From a virus: a stretch of 64,000 nucleotides of DNA. The translations under genes were made by a program, and so were the position numbers. Numbering within the stretch: position 1 is the first letter of the stretch; the number at the start of each line of letters is the position of its first letter. This document shows positions 54,262 through 62,478 of this stretch, piece by piece. The notes below the pieces were generated by a model that was given only the letters and a program-made list of their open reading frames with translations, did not search any database and was not told the DNA's origin. Where the stretch lies: the IMG/VR virus record IMGVR_UViG_3300008050_007409. One strand, 5' to 3'.

Positions 54262-56267
54262 CGCCGAACGCCAGATCCCACGTCTTCAAGGACGTCCACT
54301 TCTTCGGAGGTTCTGGGGGCGGTGGGATCGGCTTCAAGAACGGGCACGCCCGCGTCGGCCGGTCCCAGGCCCGGTTCGAGAGCATGGGCAGCATCGACGT
54401 AGACCCCATCGCCTGCAGGGACTTCGAGCAGAACGTCGGTGCGCCGGCGCACGCCGTCGACCTGTTCACCAGGGATCAGTTCCTCCGCTTCCACTCGGCC
54501 TGCAAGCGCCGCTGCCGGGTCTGCAAGGGGAAGCGCGTGCCTCCGGACGGGTGGAGGGAGCTGCAGCCCTCCGACCTCCGCCACATGTTCCGGCAGGTCT
54601 TCCCGGACGTGATCTTCTTCAGCCCGCCGTGCAAGGGCTTCAGCGCTCTGCTCAACCCGGCGACGGCGAAGGGGGTCAAGTACCAGGCGCTCAACGAGCT
54701 CGTGACCCGCGCCTTGTTCCTCGCGATGGAGGCCTGGGGCGACAACCCTCCGGCACTGATCATCATGGAGAACGTGCCGCGCATCCGGATCCGGGGCGTG
54801 CACCTTCTGGACATGGTCCGCTCCCTGCTGCACAGCTACGGCTACGCGGTCCGGGACCACGACCACAACTGTGGCGAGATCGGCGGCCTGGCCCAGAACC
54901 GGCAGCGGTTCCTCATGGTGGCCAGGCATAAGGAGAAGATCCCCCCGTTCCTGTACCAGCCGCGCAAGCAGCGGGTCCGCGGAGTCGGGGAAGCCATCGG
55001 TGAGCTGCCCATCCCCGGCTTCGGTGCCGGCGGCTCCATGCACCGTCTGCCCAACCTGGAGTGGATCACCTGGCTCCGGCTGGCCCTCATCCGGTCCGGG
55101 AAGGACTGGCGCGACCTCCACGACCTGGAGATGGACAAGGACGGCGAGTACCTGAAGAACGTCGGGATCGTGCCCATGAAGACCTGGCACAACAGCGTCC
55201 TGGGCATCAAGGACTGGGAGGAGCCCGCAGGCACCGTCACCAGTCGATCCTCGCCCACCACAGGGGCCTTCGCCGTCGCAGACCCCAGAGCCTCGACAGC
55301 CTGGGGAGGCAAGAGCAAGTACCGGATCACCCGCTTCGACGAGCCCTCGGGCACCGTCATCGCAGGGAGCTCCACCGGGAACGGTGCCTTCGCCGTCGCC
55401 GACCCCCGCATGGGGCGCATGGGCAAGTACAGCGGGAAGATGCGAGTGGCTCCCTGGGAGAAGCCCGCACGGACCGTGACGACCTCTGACCGTGTCGGCT
55501 CCGGGGCGATGTGCATCGCCGACCCCAGGACCAAGGACTACAAGAAGTTCTGCTCCCTCGGAGTCCTGCCGCTGGACAAGCCCGTAGGCACCGTCACCAG
55601 CCGAGCTGCTCACGGGTCCGGCTTCTTCTCCATCCCCGACCCGCGGCTCAACTGCGACGTCGACGACAAGAAGTCCCGACGCTTCAACAACGTCTACCGG
55701 ATCGTGCGCTTCGATCAGCCGGTCCAGGCCGTCACCTCCGGCATGACCCCGAGCGCTGGAGGACAGGCCATCGCCGACCCCCGACCGCTCTGGTCGATGA
55801 AGAAGACGGCCTTCCGGTCAGGAGGCCATTACGGGATCATCCCCTGGTTGGACCCGTCCGGTACGATCTCCGCCCACGCGAAGCTGGATCGAGGCAAGTT
55901 CTGCGTCGCCGACCCTCGGGAGCTGCCCGGACCTCGGGAGAACTGCAGGCCTCTGATCATCAGCCTGGACAACACCTGGCACCGGCCACTGACGTTGCTG
56001 GAGCTCATGGTGCTGCAGGGCTACCCGATCAACGCCGTCTTCGGCGGTGCCGCAGCCGTGGTACGTGAGCACGTTGGGAACAGCGTCCCGCCACCGGCGG
56101 CTCAGGCCATCGCGAACCGGATGCTGGAGACGTTGCTCCTGGCAGCCCTCGAGGAGACCTGCTTCATCACGGACAAGGACGTGTGGGTGCAGCCTGATCC
56201 CCTACCTGTTCTGCTGGGCTTCGCAGACCCTGATGAAGTGAAAATCGGGGTAGGATCTACTCTATAA
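54258..56267 (+). CDS. C5 cytosine DNA methyltransferase with six internal repeats
   Basis: FFGGSGG, SPPCKGFS, MENVP, QNRQRF, HRPLT..E...LQGYP, VGNSVPP. Confidence 0.9.
   Translation: MTPNARSHVFKDVHFFGGSGGGGIGFKNGHARVGRSQARFESMGSIDVDPIACRDFEQNVGAPAHAVDLFTRDQFLRFHSACKRRCRVCKGKRVPPDGWRELQPSDLRHMFRQVFPDVIFFSPPCKGFSALLNPATAKGVKYQALNELVTRALFLAMEAWGDNPPALIIMENVPRIRIRGVHLLDMVRSLLHSYGYAVRDHDHNCGEIGGLAQNRQRFLMVARHKEKIPPFLYQPRKQRVRGVGEAIGELPIPGFGAGGSMHRLPNLEWITWLRLALIRSGKDWRDLHDLEMDKDGEYLKNVGIVPMKTWHNSVLGIKDWEEPAGTVTSRSSPTTGAFAVADPRASTAWGGKSKYRITRFDEPSGTVIAGSSTGNGAFAVADPRMGRMGKYSGKMRVAPWEKPARTVTTSDRVGSGAMCIADPRTKDYKKFCSLGVLPLDKPVGTVTSRAAHGSGFFSIPDPRLNCDVDDKKSRRFNNVYRIVRFDQPVQAVTSGMTPSAGGQAIADPRPLWSMKKTAFRSGGHYGIIPWLDPSGTISAHAKLDRGKFCVADPRELPGPRENCRPLIISLDNTWHRPLTLLELMVLQGYPINAVFGGAAAVVREHVGNSVPPPAAQAIANRMLETLLLAALEETCFITDKDVWVQPDPLPVLLGFADPDEVKIGVGSTL
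55210..55920 (+). repeat. Six ~40-aa protein repeats in the methyltransferase variable region
   Basis: [WFL]..P..TV.......G....[AP]DPR x6. Confidence 0.8.
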
Positions 56268-56310
56268 GCAGGTGAGACAGGAACCCCTGTTTCCGGTCTT
56301 GGAGGACCAC

Positions 56311-56469
56311 ATGAACATCTGGATCGACATCGGTCTGGTCGGCGTCGTCATCGCCGGCATCGCTGCCCTCATCTCCGAATGGCCCCGCATCGCGGAGGTC
56401 CTGGACGAGCTGGAGGAGCGGGAGACCGCCCGGATCAAGAAGCAGATCGAGGAGGTGCCCGGTGAGTGA
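56311..56469 (+). CDS. Small membrane protein
   Basis: MNIWIDIGLVGVVIAGIAALI, SD GGAGG. Confidence 0.6.
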   Translation: MNIWIDIGLVGVVIAGIAALISEWPRIAEVLDELEERETARIKKQIEEVPGE

Positions 56470-56719
56470 GAGCAAGGCGGAGCGACTCGCCCGGTTGATC
56501 GAGCTCCCGGTGCCGCTTGCGGTGCTGGAGGTACGGCGAGCGGCGTTCGAGGCGGTCCACATGGCAGCTCACGCAGGTGAGCTGGTTGAGGTCGACGACT
56601 TCATCCAGACGGCGCTCATCCAGGGCGACGAGCACGCCCTGAAGCAGGGCTACTCCGATCGGGCGTGGGCCCTGGAGCGGGTGGCCAAGTGCGTGGCGAA
56701 GATCACCTGCTGGAACTGA
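56462..56719 (+). CDS. Hypothetical protein
   Basis: 85 aa, SD GGAGG. Confidence 0.6.
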   Translation: MSESKAERLARLIELPVPLAVLEVRRAAFEAVHMAAHAGELVEVDDFIQTALIQGDEHALKQGYSDRAWALERVAKCVAKITCWN

Positions 56720-56892
56720 CGCCGAACCTACCCGGCCGGGATGAGGGCCGGGCAGTCCTCACGGACTGACTTTCCCCGTAGATCCTCGATCCCCAGGTCG
56801 AGAAGTACAAGATCTTCCTGCCCAAGTGGGCAACCAGCAAGCTCAGCATCGCCACGGCGATCTGGTTCTTCGGGACCTTCGTCGCGTCGTCC

Positions 56893-57219
56893 ATGGAGGC
56901 TGAGGTCTTCGACGACATGCCGACCGCGTGGATCTCGAAGCTGTCCGAAGCCGCCGCCTATGGTGCGGCCGGTGCCATCGGTGCCGAGGGCTTCGACGTG
57001 GCCCTGCACGTGGTCAAGAAGCTCCTGGTCGAGGTGAACAAGCACTTCCGCGAGTACGGGCTCGAGCTCGACCAGGAGGGCAACTTCAAGCAGGTCGCCG
57101 GCCCCGTGGAGGGTCAGCTGGACCTCTCCACCCTGCAGGAGGAGCTGGCCGAGATGCGAGCCGAGATGGAGAAGATGAAGGCAGAGAACGTCGTCGAGCT
57201 CCAGACCAAGGCGGGCTGA
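56893..57219 (+). CDS. Hypothetical protein (start uncertain)
   Basis: Frame is open and coding-like from 56782; first ATG at 56893. Confidence 0.55.
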   Translation: MEAEVFDDMPTAWISKLSEAAAYGAAGAIGAEGFDVALHVVKKLLVEVNKHFREYGLELDQEGNFKQVAGPVEGQLDLSTLQEELAEMRAEMEKMKAENVVELQTKAG

Positions 57220-57341
57220 CGAGAACCGGCCCTCGGGCCGGCGGCAGGGAAACCTGCCGACTTCGCCTGTGGATCATCGCATAAGACTCTGATCGCCAAA
57301 CACTCGTGTGCAGGCTGATCGCAACCACGGAGGTGCACAAC

Positions 57342-57614
57342 ATGCACTCACTCGAATTGCTCGAACAGCGCGTCCTCAATGCGCTCGACGAGAATGTCAA
57401 GACGACCGAGAAGACAGTCCGACGCCCCCGACTCATCCCCATCGTCGTAGACGGTCAGGTCTTCTGGGCATCGCCCCAGGGGCTCAAGATCCAGAACTAC
57501 GTCGAGACCCTCCGCGGCAAGGTCGTGGTCGGTGTCAGCTACGAGATCCTCAAGGACGGTGGCGTGGACAAGGTCGAGATCTCCCTGGAGACTGGGAACA
57601 AGGCCGCAGCGTGA
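57342..57614 (+). CDS. Hypothetical protein
   Basis: SD GGAGG; CATAAG motif upstream at 57280. Confidence 0.65.
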   Translation: MHSLELLEQRVLNALDENVKTTEKTVRRPRLIPIVVDGQVFWASPQGLKIQNYVETLRGKVVVGVSYEILKDGGVDKVEISLETGNKAAA

Positions 57615-57994
57615 ATCCCTTCAAGCAGCCCGGAGGTTGGGCTGACCGCATCAGTGCGAAGATCCGCGACGCGTGCAAGCCTTCCTGCCCTTGGGTCTAC
57701 CTGGGCGCCTGCGTCGAGCTGACCGGCCCGCTCATCAACTACATCACGGACGATGAGCGGGCTCAGCGGCTGACCTTCGAGGAGTTCAAGGAAGCCGGAC
57801 CTCCGCTGGAGGACGTCGCCAACGCCTTGGGCTACAGCAACGACCTCCCGCTGAGGACGGATCGGCATGTGACCTACTGGCGCAGCCAGCTCCCGCCGAA
57901 CCACCCCCACTACCCTGGACGGGAGATCCTGTTCCTGGACCACTCGCGGATCGAATACATCTGGGTCAGACGTACCCCTGGAGGAGAGGACTGA
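57611..57994 (+). CDS. Hypothetical protein
   Basis: GTGA coupling; DRHVTYWRS...HSRIEYIW. Confidence 0.6.
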   Translation: MNPFKQPGGWADRISAKIRDACKPSCPWVYLGACVELTGPLINYITDDERAQRLTFEEFKEAGPPLEDVANALGYSNDLPLRTDRHVTYWRSQLPPNHPHYPGREILFLDHSRIEYIWVRRTPGGED

Positions 57995-58155
57995 TGTTCG
58001 GACTGGAACACCTGGTGAATTGCCATGGCGAGTGGGCGGCCCTGTTCGCCCTGTTGGGGATGATCCCCTTCATCGGCCCGTGGATTCGCTCCAAGATCAA
58101 GCACAAGGAAGGCTGCGAGCACGAGCAGCACGACCACGACGAGGAGACGCCGTGA
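57994..58155 (+). CDS. Small membrane protein with His-rich tail (53 aa)
   Basis: Manual translation MFGLEHLVNCHGEWAALFALLGMIPFIGPW...HEQHDHDEETP. Confidence 0.55.
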   Translation: MFGLEHLVNCHGEWAALFALLGMIPFIGPWIRSKIKHKEGCEHEQHDHDEETP

Positions 58156-58766
58156 ACGACCTCGAGGCCCGGCAGAAGATCCGGGAGATCATGATGCAGC
58201 TATGCACCGACCTGCTCACCCAGTTCGGGTCGATGCGGAGGGCCGCGCTGGCTGAGAATCCTCGACCTGAGGACGACATGTGCTCCGTGCTCCCTCCCGA
58301 CCTGGGGATCATCAACCTCACGGAGGAGGGCATCCAGGTCGGGCAGCTCAAGCTCATCGGAGGAGCTCAGGACAGTCGGATGTTCGAGGCGGTGCTTCGA
58401 GAGGCTTCCCGACGCCACAAGGCCGACGCCACCTACATCGTCTGCGAGGGCTTCACGCGGCCCATGACCAGCGAGGCGGAGGTGGATCAGTACCGGAAGG
58501 AGCGGGAGGCTGGTGTCAACCTGAAGGACGCCAGCGTCGGTGGAGAGCCCATCGAGACCGTCTTCGTCCGCCTCAACGGCTTCGGGATGACCTTCATGGC
58601 TCAGTCCACCTTCAAGGACGACGGGGACATCGACCAGATCCAGTTCATCGAGGACGGGATCAAGAGGGAAGGCACCCGAACCGAGTCCCGGTTCGACAAC
58701 CTCGGCGTGGATGACAAGAGCTTGCAGATCCCCGAGAAGGACCTGCCCAGCGACGGCTTCCACTGA
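58152..58766 (+). CDS. Hypothetical protein
   Basis: GTG start with SD GAGGAG. Confidence 0.65.
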   Translation: MNDLEARQKIREIMMQLCTDLLTQFGSMRRAALAENPRPEDDMCSVLPPDLGIINLTEEGIQVGQLKLIGGAQDSRMFEAVLREASRRHKADATYIVCEGFTRPMTSEAEVDQYRKEREAGVNLKDASVGGEPIETVFVRLNGFGMTFMAQSTFKDDGDIDQIQFIEDGIKREGTRTESRFDNLGVDDKSLQIPEKDLPSDGFH

Positions 58767-59824
58767 TGGCGGAGTTCCTGCGGATCTTCCGCATGGGACT
58801 CGGACGTGACTCCATCGCGGGGCTCGGCCTTCTGGAGACAGTCGGCCTGCTCTGCGGTGGAGTGCTGATCCGCCCTGAAGACATCGACATCCTGGTCTTC
58901 ACCGACACCGGCGCCGAGTGGGAGAAGACCTACCAGGCCTGGCCCTTCATCAAGGCGATCTGCGACCGACTCGGCATCAGGGCCATCGTCCAGGAGAAGC
59001 CGGAGCTCGCAGCCCAGGCTGCCTGGCTCAAGGTCCTCGCCCCGGTCCGAGAGCGTCTGGCGGCCGAGGAGTCCGGCTCCAAGGCCTACTGGTCCATCCG
59101 GGCCGAGCTGCAGCAGATGGTCCCTCCCTGGCAGGTGGACGCCAGCGGCTCCATCGAGGAGAAGGCGGCCCGCGGCTACTACCACCGGCGCGTGGCCATC
59201 TTCGAGGACTACAAGTCCAAGGAGAGCCTGATCCGCTTCAGCGACGGCGGCTGCACGGAGAACCACAAGATCCTCCCGAACCGGCGGCTCCTGGATGACC
59301 TCTCGCAGGAGCGCTGGGGCTTGAACAACACCCAGTGGGGCAACCGGGTCAAGAAGGGCCTGGCCGAGCCCCACCAGGTCCTCCTGTTCATCGCCAAGGA
59401 CGAGTCCGGCCGCTGCATCGACGACCTGAACGAGAAGCCCTTCTACGAGCGCAGCGTCTACCCGCTGGTGGAGATGGGGATCGCCAAGGCCGACGAGCAG
59501 GCAATCCTGGACCGGATGGGGCTGGGCTGGGTGCAGAAGTCCGGCTGCGTCGGCTGCAAGTACCAAGGCGTGGAGCACTTCTGGGCGCTGTCCCAGGAGG
59601 AGCCTGTCGAGTTCGACCGCATCGAGGACTACGAGGACACCGCCGCCGACAAGAACCCCAAGATGGTCATCTTCCCCAAGATGAAGGGGAGGCCTCGCAT
59701 CCGTGAGGCTATTCGGAGGTGGCGCGAGGGCAGCCCCCTGGCCACCGTGAAGGGTGTCCTGGCCCGAGACTACAAGCGAAACGATCGACGGGGCCGACCA
59801 GCCCCGAGGAGCAAAGATGGCTGA
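58766..59824 (+). CDS. PAPS-reductase-like PP-loop enzyme, paralog A
   Basis: MGLGRDS, FTDTGAEW, CTENHKI, YPLVEMGI, KSGCVGC. Confidence 0.75.
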   Translation: MAEFLRIFRMGLGRDSIAGLGLLETVGLLCGGVLIRPEDIDILVFTDTGAEWEKTYQAWPFIKAICDRLGIRAIVQEKPELAAQAAWLKVLAPVRERLAAEESGSKAYWSIRAELQQMVPPWQVDASGSIEEKAARGYYHRRVAIFEDYKSKESLIRFSDGGCTENHKILPNRRLLDDLSQERWGLNNTQWGNRVKKGLAEPHQVLLFIAKDESGRCIDDLNEKPFYERSVYPLVEMGIAKADEQAILDRMGLGWVQKSGCVGCKYQGVEHFWALSQEEPVEFDRIEDYEDTAADKNPKMVIFPKMKGRPRIREAIRRWREGSPLATVKGVLARDYKRNDRRGRPAPRSKDG

Positions 59825-60239
59825 TGACAGCTGGCCCGACCGTCCGCCCCCTGGACCCTTCTACAGCAAGCACACCTTCAGGGGCTTGATCATCGGAGAG
59901 GAGGTGACGCTTCTCGCCTGCCCGCCGGGACCCATCCTCTACGAGGGTGTGATCTGCTGGCGGGTCAACGCTCGCTCCGAGCACGGGGTCGCCGCCTACA
60001 AGCCGGGCGGGGCCTTCATCGTCAAGAAGACGGTCGAGGAGCAGGAGAAGACCCTGGTGCGCCCGGTGCAGCTGTGCTCCGGCAAGCCACCTCGAGGCGA
60101 CGCTCCCCTCCACAAGCTCCTCTCGGAGATCGTGGACTTGACCACCGCACACACGGCCGATCCTGTCGGGATGGCCAAGATCTTCGGGCTGGCCTGTGAC
60201 GCCATCGCCCTCATCCAGAACACCAAGGAGCAGCCTTGA
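59817..60239 (+). CDS. Hypothetical protein
   Basis: MADDSWPD start with SD. Confidence 0.55.
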   Translation: MADDSWPDRPPPGPFYSKHTFRGLIIGEEVTLLACPPGPILYEGVICWRVNARSEHGVAAYKPGGAFIVKKTVEEQEKTLVRPVQLCSGKPPRGDAPLHKLLSEIVDLTTAHTADPVGMAKIFGLACDAIALIQNTKEQP

Positions 60240-60583
60240 ACGAACGCATGATCCTGGAGCGCGCCTGCGAAGTGGGCCTCCGCATCACCTTCCACGTCCA
60301 GGCCCGGTCGCTGCGCGACGCCGGCGGCCTCGGCTTCCCCGCCTTCACCCTGACTGAGTACTGTGGCACCATCGACGGCTTCATGCCGATCGAGATCCCG
60401 AAGGACCAGGCCAAGGAGCTCAAGACCTCCTTCGGTCAGGACTCCTTCAGCATGATCCTCAAGCTCGATGACGGCGTCGAGCACAAGGTCACCATCCCCT
60501 ACGCCTTCGTCTCGGCCATCCAGACTGTGCACGGCGTCCAGGAGTGGACGCCGAAGGGTCAGCAGATGAGCCTGATCCCTTGA
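60236..60583 (+). CDS. Hypothetical protein
   Basis: 115 aa; VTIPYAFVSAI. Confidence 0.6.
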   Translation: MNERMILERACEVGLRITFHVQARSLRDAGGLGFPAFTLTEYCGTIDGFMPIEIPKDQAKELKTSFGQDSFSMILKLDDGVEHKVTIPYAFVSAIQTVHGVQEWTPKGQQMSLIP

Positions 60584-60816
60584 GCGATGAGAAGCCGCAG
60601 GAGGAGGTCCGCGGAGCTCGTGGACACGACCTGCATCGAAAGCTCACAGGAGGTCGAGGAGGCGGGTACGCACCCACCCGCGCCTGCCTCAACCGCATCT
60701 TCGACAAGCTGACCACCCAAGAGGCGAACGTCCTCGACGAGGTGATCCGCTACCACCTGGAGGACGCTGAGCGTGACGGTCGCCGTGCCGCAGCCAGGCA
60801 GCCCTGGCGGCGCTGA
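60580..60816 (+). CDS. Hypothetical protein
   Basis: TTGA coupling. Confidence 0.5.
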   Translation: MSDEKPQEEVRGARGHDLHRKLTGGRGGGYAPTRACLNRIFDKLTTQEANVLDEVIRYHLEDAERDGRRAAARQPWRR

Positions 60817-61207
60817 GATCCCTCCGGGGCTCCTCGCAGAAGTCCTTGAGGCGATGCCGCACATCTTCAGCGTGTCCTGTGACAACCCGGTCGGGTCCTT
60901 CTTCGAGGTGATCGGAGACACTGGAGGTCACGGCCTCTGCGACCACGCAGTCCACGAGCTCATCGAGCTGCTGGGCCGCGGAGAGCTGGTCTGGATCAGC
61001 CTCGACCCCGAGTACCGGGCTGTGATGCACCCCCGACGCCTGGAGTGCCAGATCCCGTCCGACTACCCGACTCACTACGTCGAGGACCCGGATGAGGTCT
61101 GCCAGGACCACGCCGTTGCCTACGTCGACGACTGGCTCATCGATCTGACCGCCCGGCAGTTCGATCCCAAGTTCCCCTTCCCCTTCTTCTGGAGTCCGCA
61201 CCCATGA
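60773..61207 (+). CDS. Hypothetical protein, possible papain/transglutaminase-like C-H-D triad (start uncertain)
   Basis: GLCDHA...HAVAYVDDWLIDLTARQF. Confidence 0.55.
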   Translation: MTVAVPQPGSPGGAEIPPGLLAEVLEAMPHIFSVSCDNPVGSFFEVIGDTGGHGLCDHAVHELIELLGRGELVWISLDPEYRAVMHPRRLECQIPSDYPTHYVEDPDEVCQDHAVAYVDDWLIDLTARQFDPKFPFPFFWSPHP

Positions 61208-62181
61208 GCACCCCTGAGATCCCGCTGATCGCTCTCTCCAACGGAGGAGGTCGGGACAGCGCCACCCTGTGGTGCCTGGCCAAAGACGGGGAGCTGCTGA
61301 TCGACGGCGTGAAGCATGGCGTCGACGACCTGGACGCCAACGTCTTCTCTGACCCCGGCTACGAGTGGCCGCACACCTACACCGCGCTGATGGAGCTCCG
61401 ACGCAGGAGCACGCTGGCCGGTGTCCCCTTCTACTCTCTGGACAAGCCGCCAGAGGAGGAGTGGGAGGAGTGGATCAGTGAGCCGAGGTCCGGGACCGAC
61501 ATCCCGCCCTGGCAGGCTCGCCTGACGGACGAGAACGTCGCTGATCGGGCTGCAGGAGGCTTCTACCACCGCCGTGCGCCCATCGTGCAGGACTACACCC
61601 GCAACCAGAATGTGACCCTTCGGGCCAACGCAGGTTGCACCCAGAACCACAAGAGCCGGGTGATCAACCGCTGGCTGGACGACTTCGCCAAGGAGATCTT
61701 TGGGATTGGGAACGTAGGCTGGTCCCACCGAGTTCGGAAGGGTCTGGTGAAGCCTCACATCCTGCTCATCGGGATCGCAGCAGATGAGGCCTCCCGTGCA
61801 GAGGGGGCCGAAGGGCAGCTGGGTGTAGAAGCCTACGTCACCAAGAAGTACCCCCTCCTCGAGGCGGGCATCACCAAGGCGGACGAGGAGGCCATCCTCA
61901 AGCGCCACGGCCTGAACTGGATCCGCAAGAGCGGCTGCGTGGGATGCCACTTCCAGCCAGACGGGTGGTTCTGGGCACTGCGCGAGACGGAGCCAGAGCT
62001 CTGGTCTGAGATCGTCTCCTACGAGGCCCTGGCCTTGACCAAGAACGGGAAGCGCTTCCTCCGGGGAGACAAGCCCATCGACAAGGTCGTCGAGAAGTGG
62101 CGCAGGATCAACCCGCGTGCGACCATCGACGAGGTCCTGGACAAGAGCTACCTGAGAGGATGCGGAGCCGAAGATGCCTGA
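61204..62181 (+). CDS. PAPS-reductase-like PP-loop enzyme, paralog B
   Basis: SNGGGRDS, FSDPGYEW, CTQNHK, IGIAADEASR, YPLLEAGI, KSGCVGC. Confidence 0.8.
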   Translation: MSTPEIPLIALSNGGGRDSATLWCLAKDGELLIDGVKHGVDDLDANVFSDPGYEWPHTYTALMELRRRSTLAGVPFYSLDKPPEEEWEEWISEPRSGTDIPPWQARLTDENVADRAAGGFYHRRAPIVQDYTRNQNVTLRANAGCTQNHKSRVINRWLDDFAKEIFGIGNVGWSHRVRKGLVKPHILLIGIAADEASRAEGAEGQLGVEAYVTKKYPLLEAGITKADEEAILKRHGLNWIRKSGCVGCHFQPDGWFWALRETEPELWSEIVSYEALALTKNGKRFLRGDKPIDKVVEKWRRINPRATIDEVLDKSYLRGCGAEDA

Positions 62182-62422
62182 AGATCTGAAGCCGAGTGAT
62201 GTCCGAGTGGTCCAGAGGCTGACCCCTCGCTGGGCATCCCGGATCATGCTCAACTCCCTGCCGATCGCCCGGTTCAGCCGAGCTCGGCTGTGGGCATCGT
62301 TTCGCCTGAAGGTGCACTGCGCCCTGGAGCTCCACCGAGAGGTCGTCGTGACCTACGGAGGTCAGTACTGGTGCGGCTGCCAGGACTGTGAGTTCTTTCC
62401 TGTCCCCGTCACCCAGGATTGA
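62174..62422 (+). CDS. Hypothetical protein
   Basis: 82 aa. Confidence 0.45.
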   Translation: MPEDLKPSDVRVVQRLTPRWASRIMLNSLPIARFSRARLWASFRLKVHCALELHREVVVTYGGQYWCGCQDCEFFPVPVTQD

Positions 62423-62478
62423 CCGTAGATCCTGCCTCCGGGCGGGTTCGCGGCAATCCACAGCCTGTAGAGATCTCT

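Noticed and set aside
44768-56781. TAG recoding suggested by in-frame TAGs at 44768 and 56779
   Set aside because: Several genes end cleanly at TAG just before the next gene, and long conserved genes contain no internal TAG
57216-57260. CTGACGAG...GAAAC resembling a hammerhead ribozyme core
   Set aside because: GAAA is the tetraloop of a hairpin; stem II closure and stems I/III do not form correctly
51019-62181. Canonical Dnd/Ssp phosphorothioation operon or sulfate-assimilation auxiliary genes
   Set aside because: Partner genes not recognised in the window and the three enzymes are dispersed
36389-62253. Long antisense ORFs in the right arm (36389..38473, 53982..55613, 61120..62253 on minus; 40021..41517 on plus)
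   Set aside because: Shadows of well-supported genes on the opposite strand
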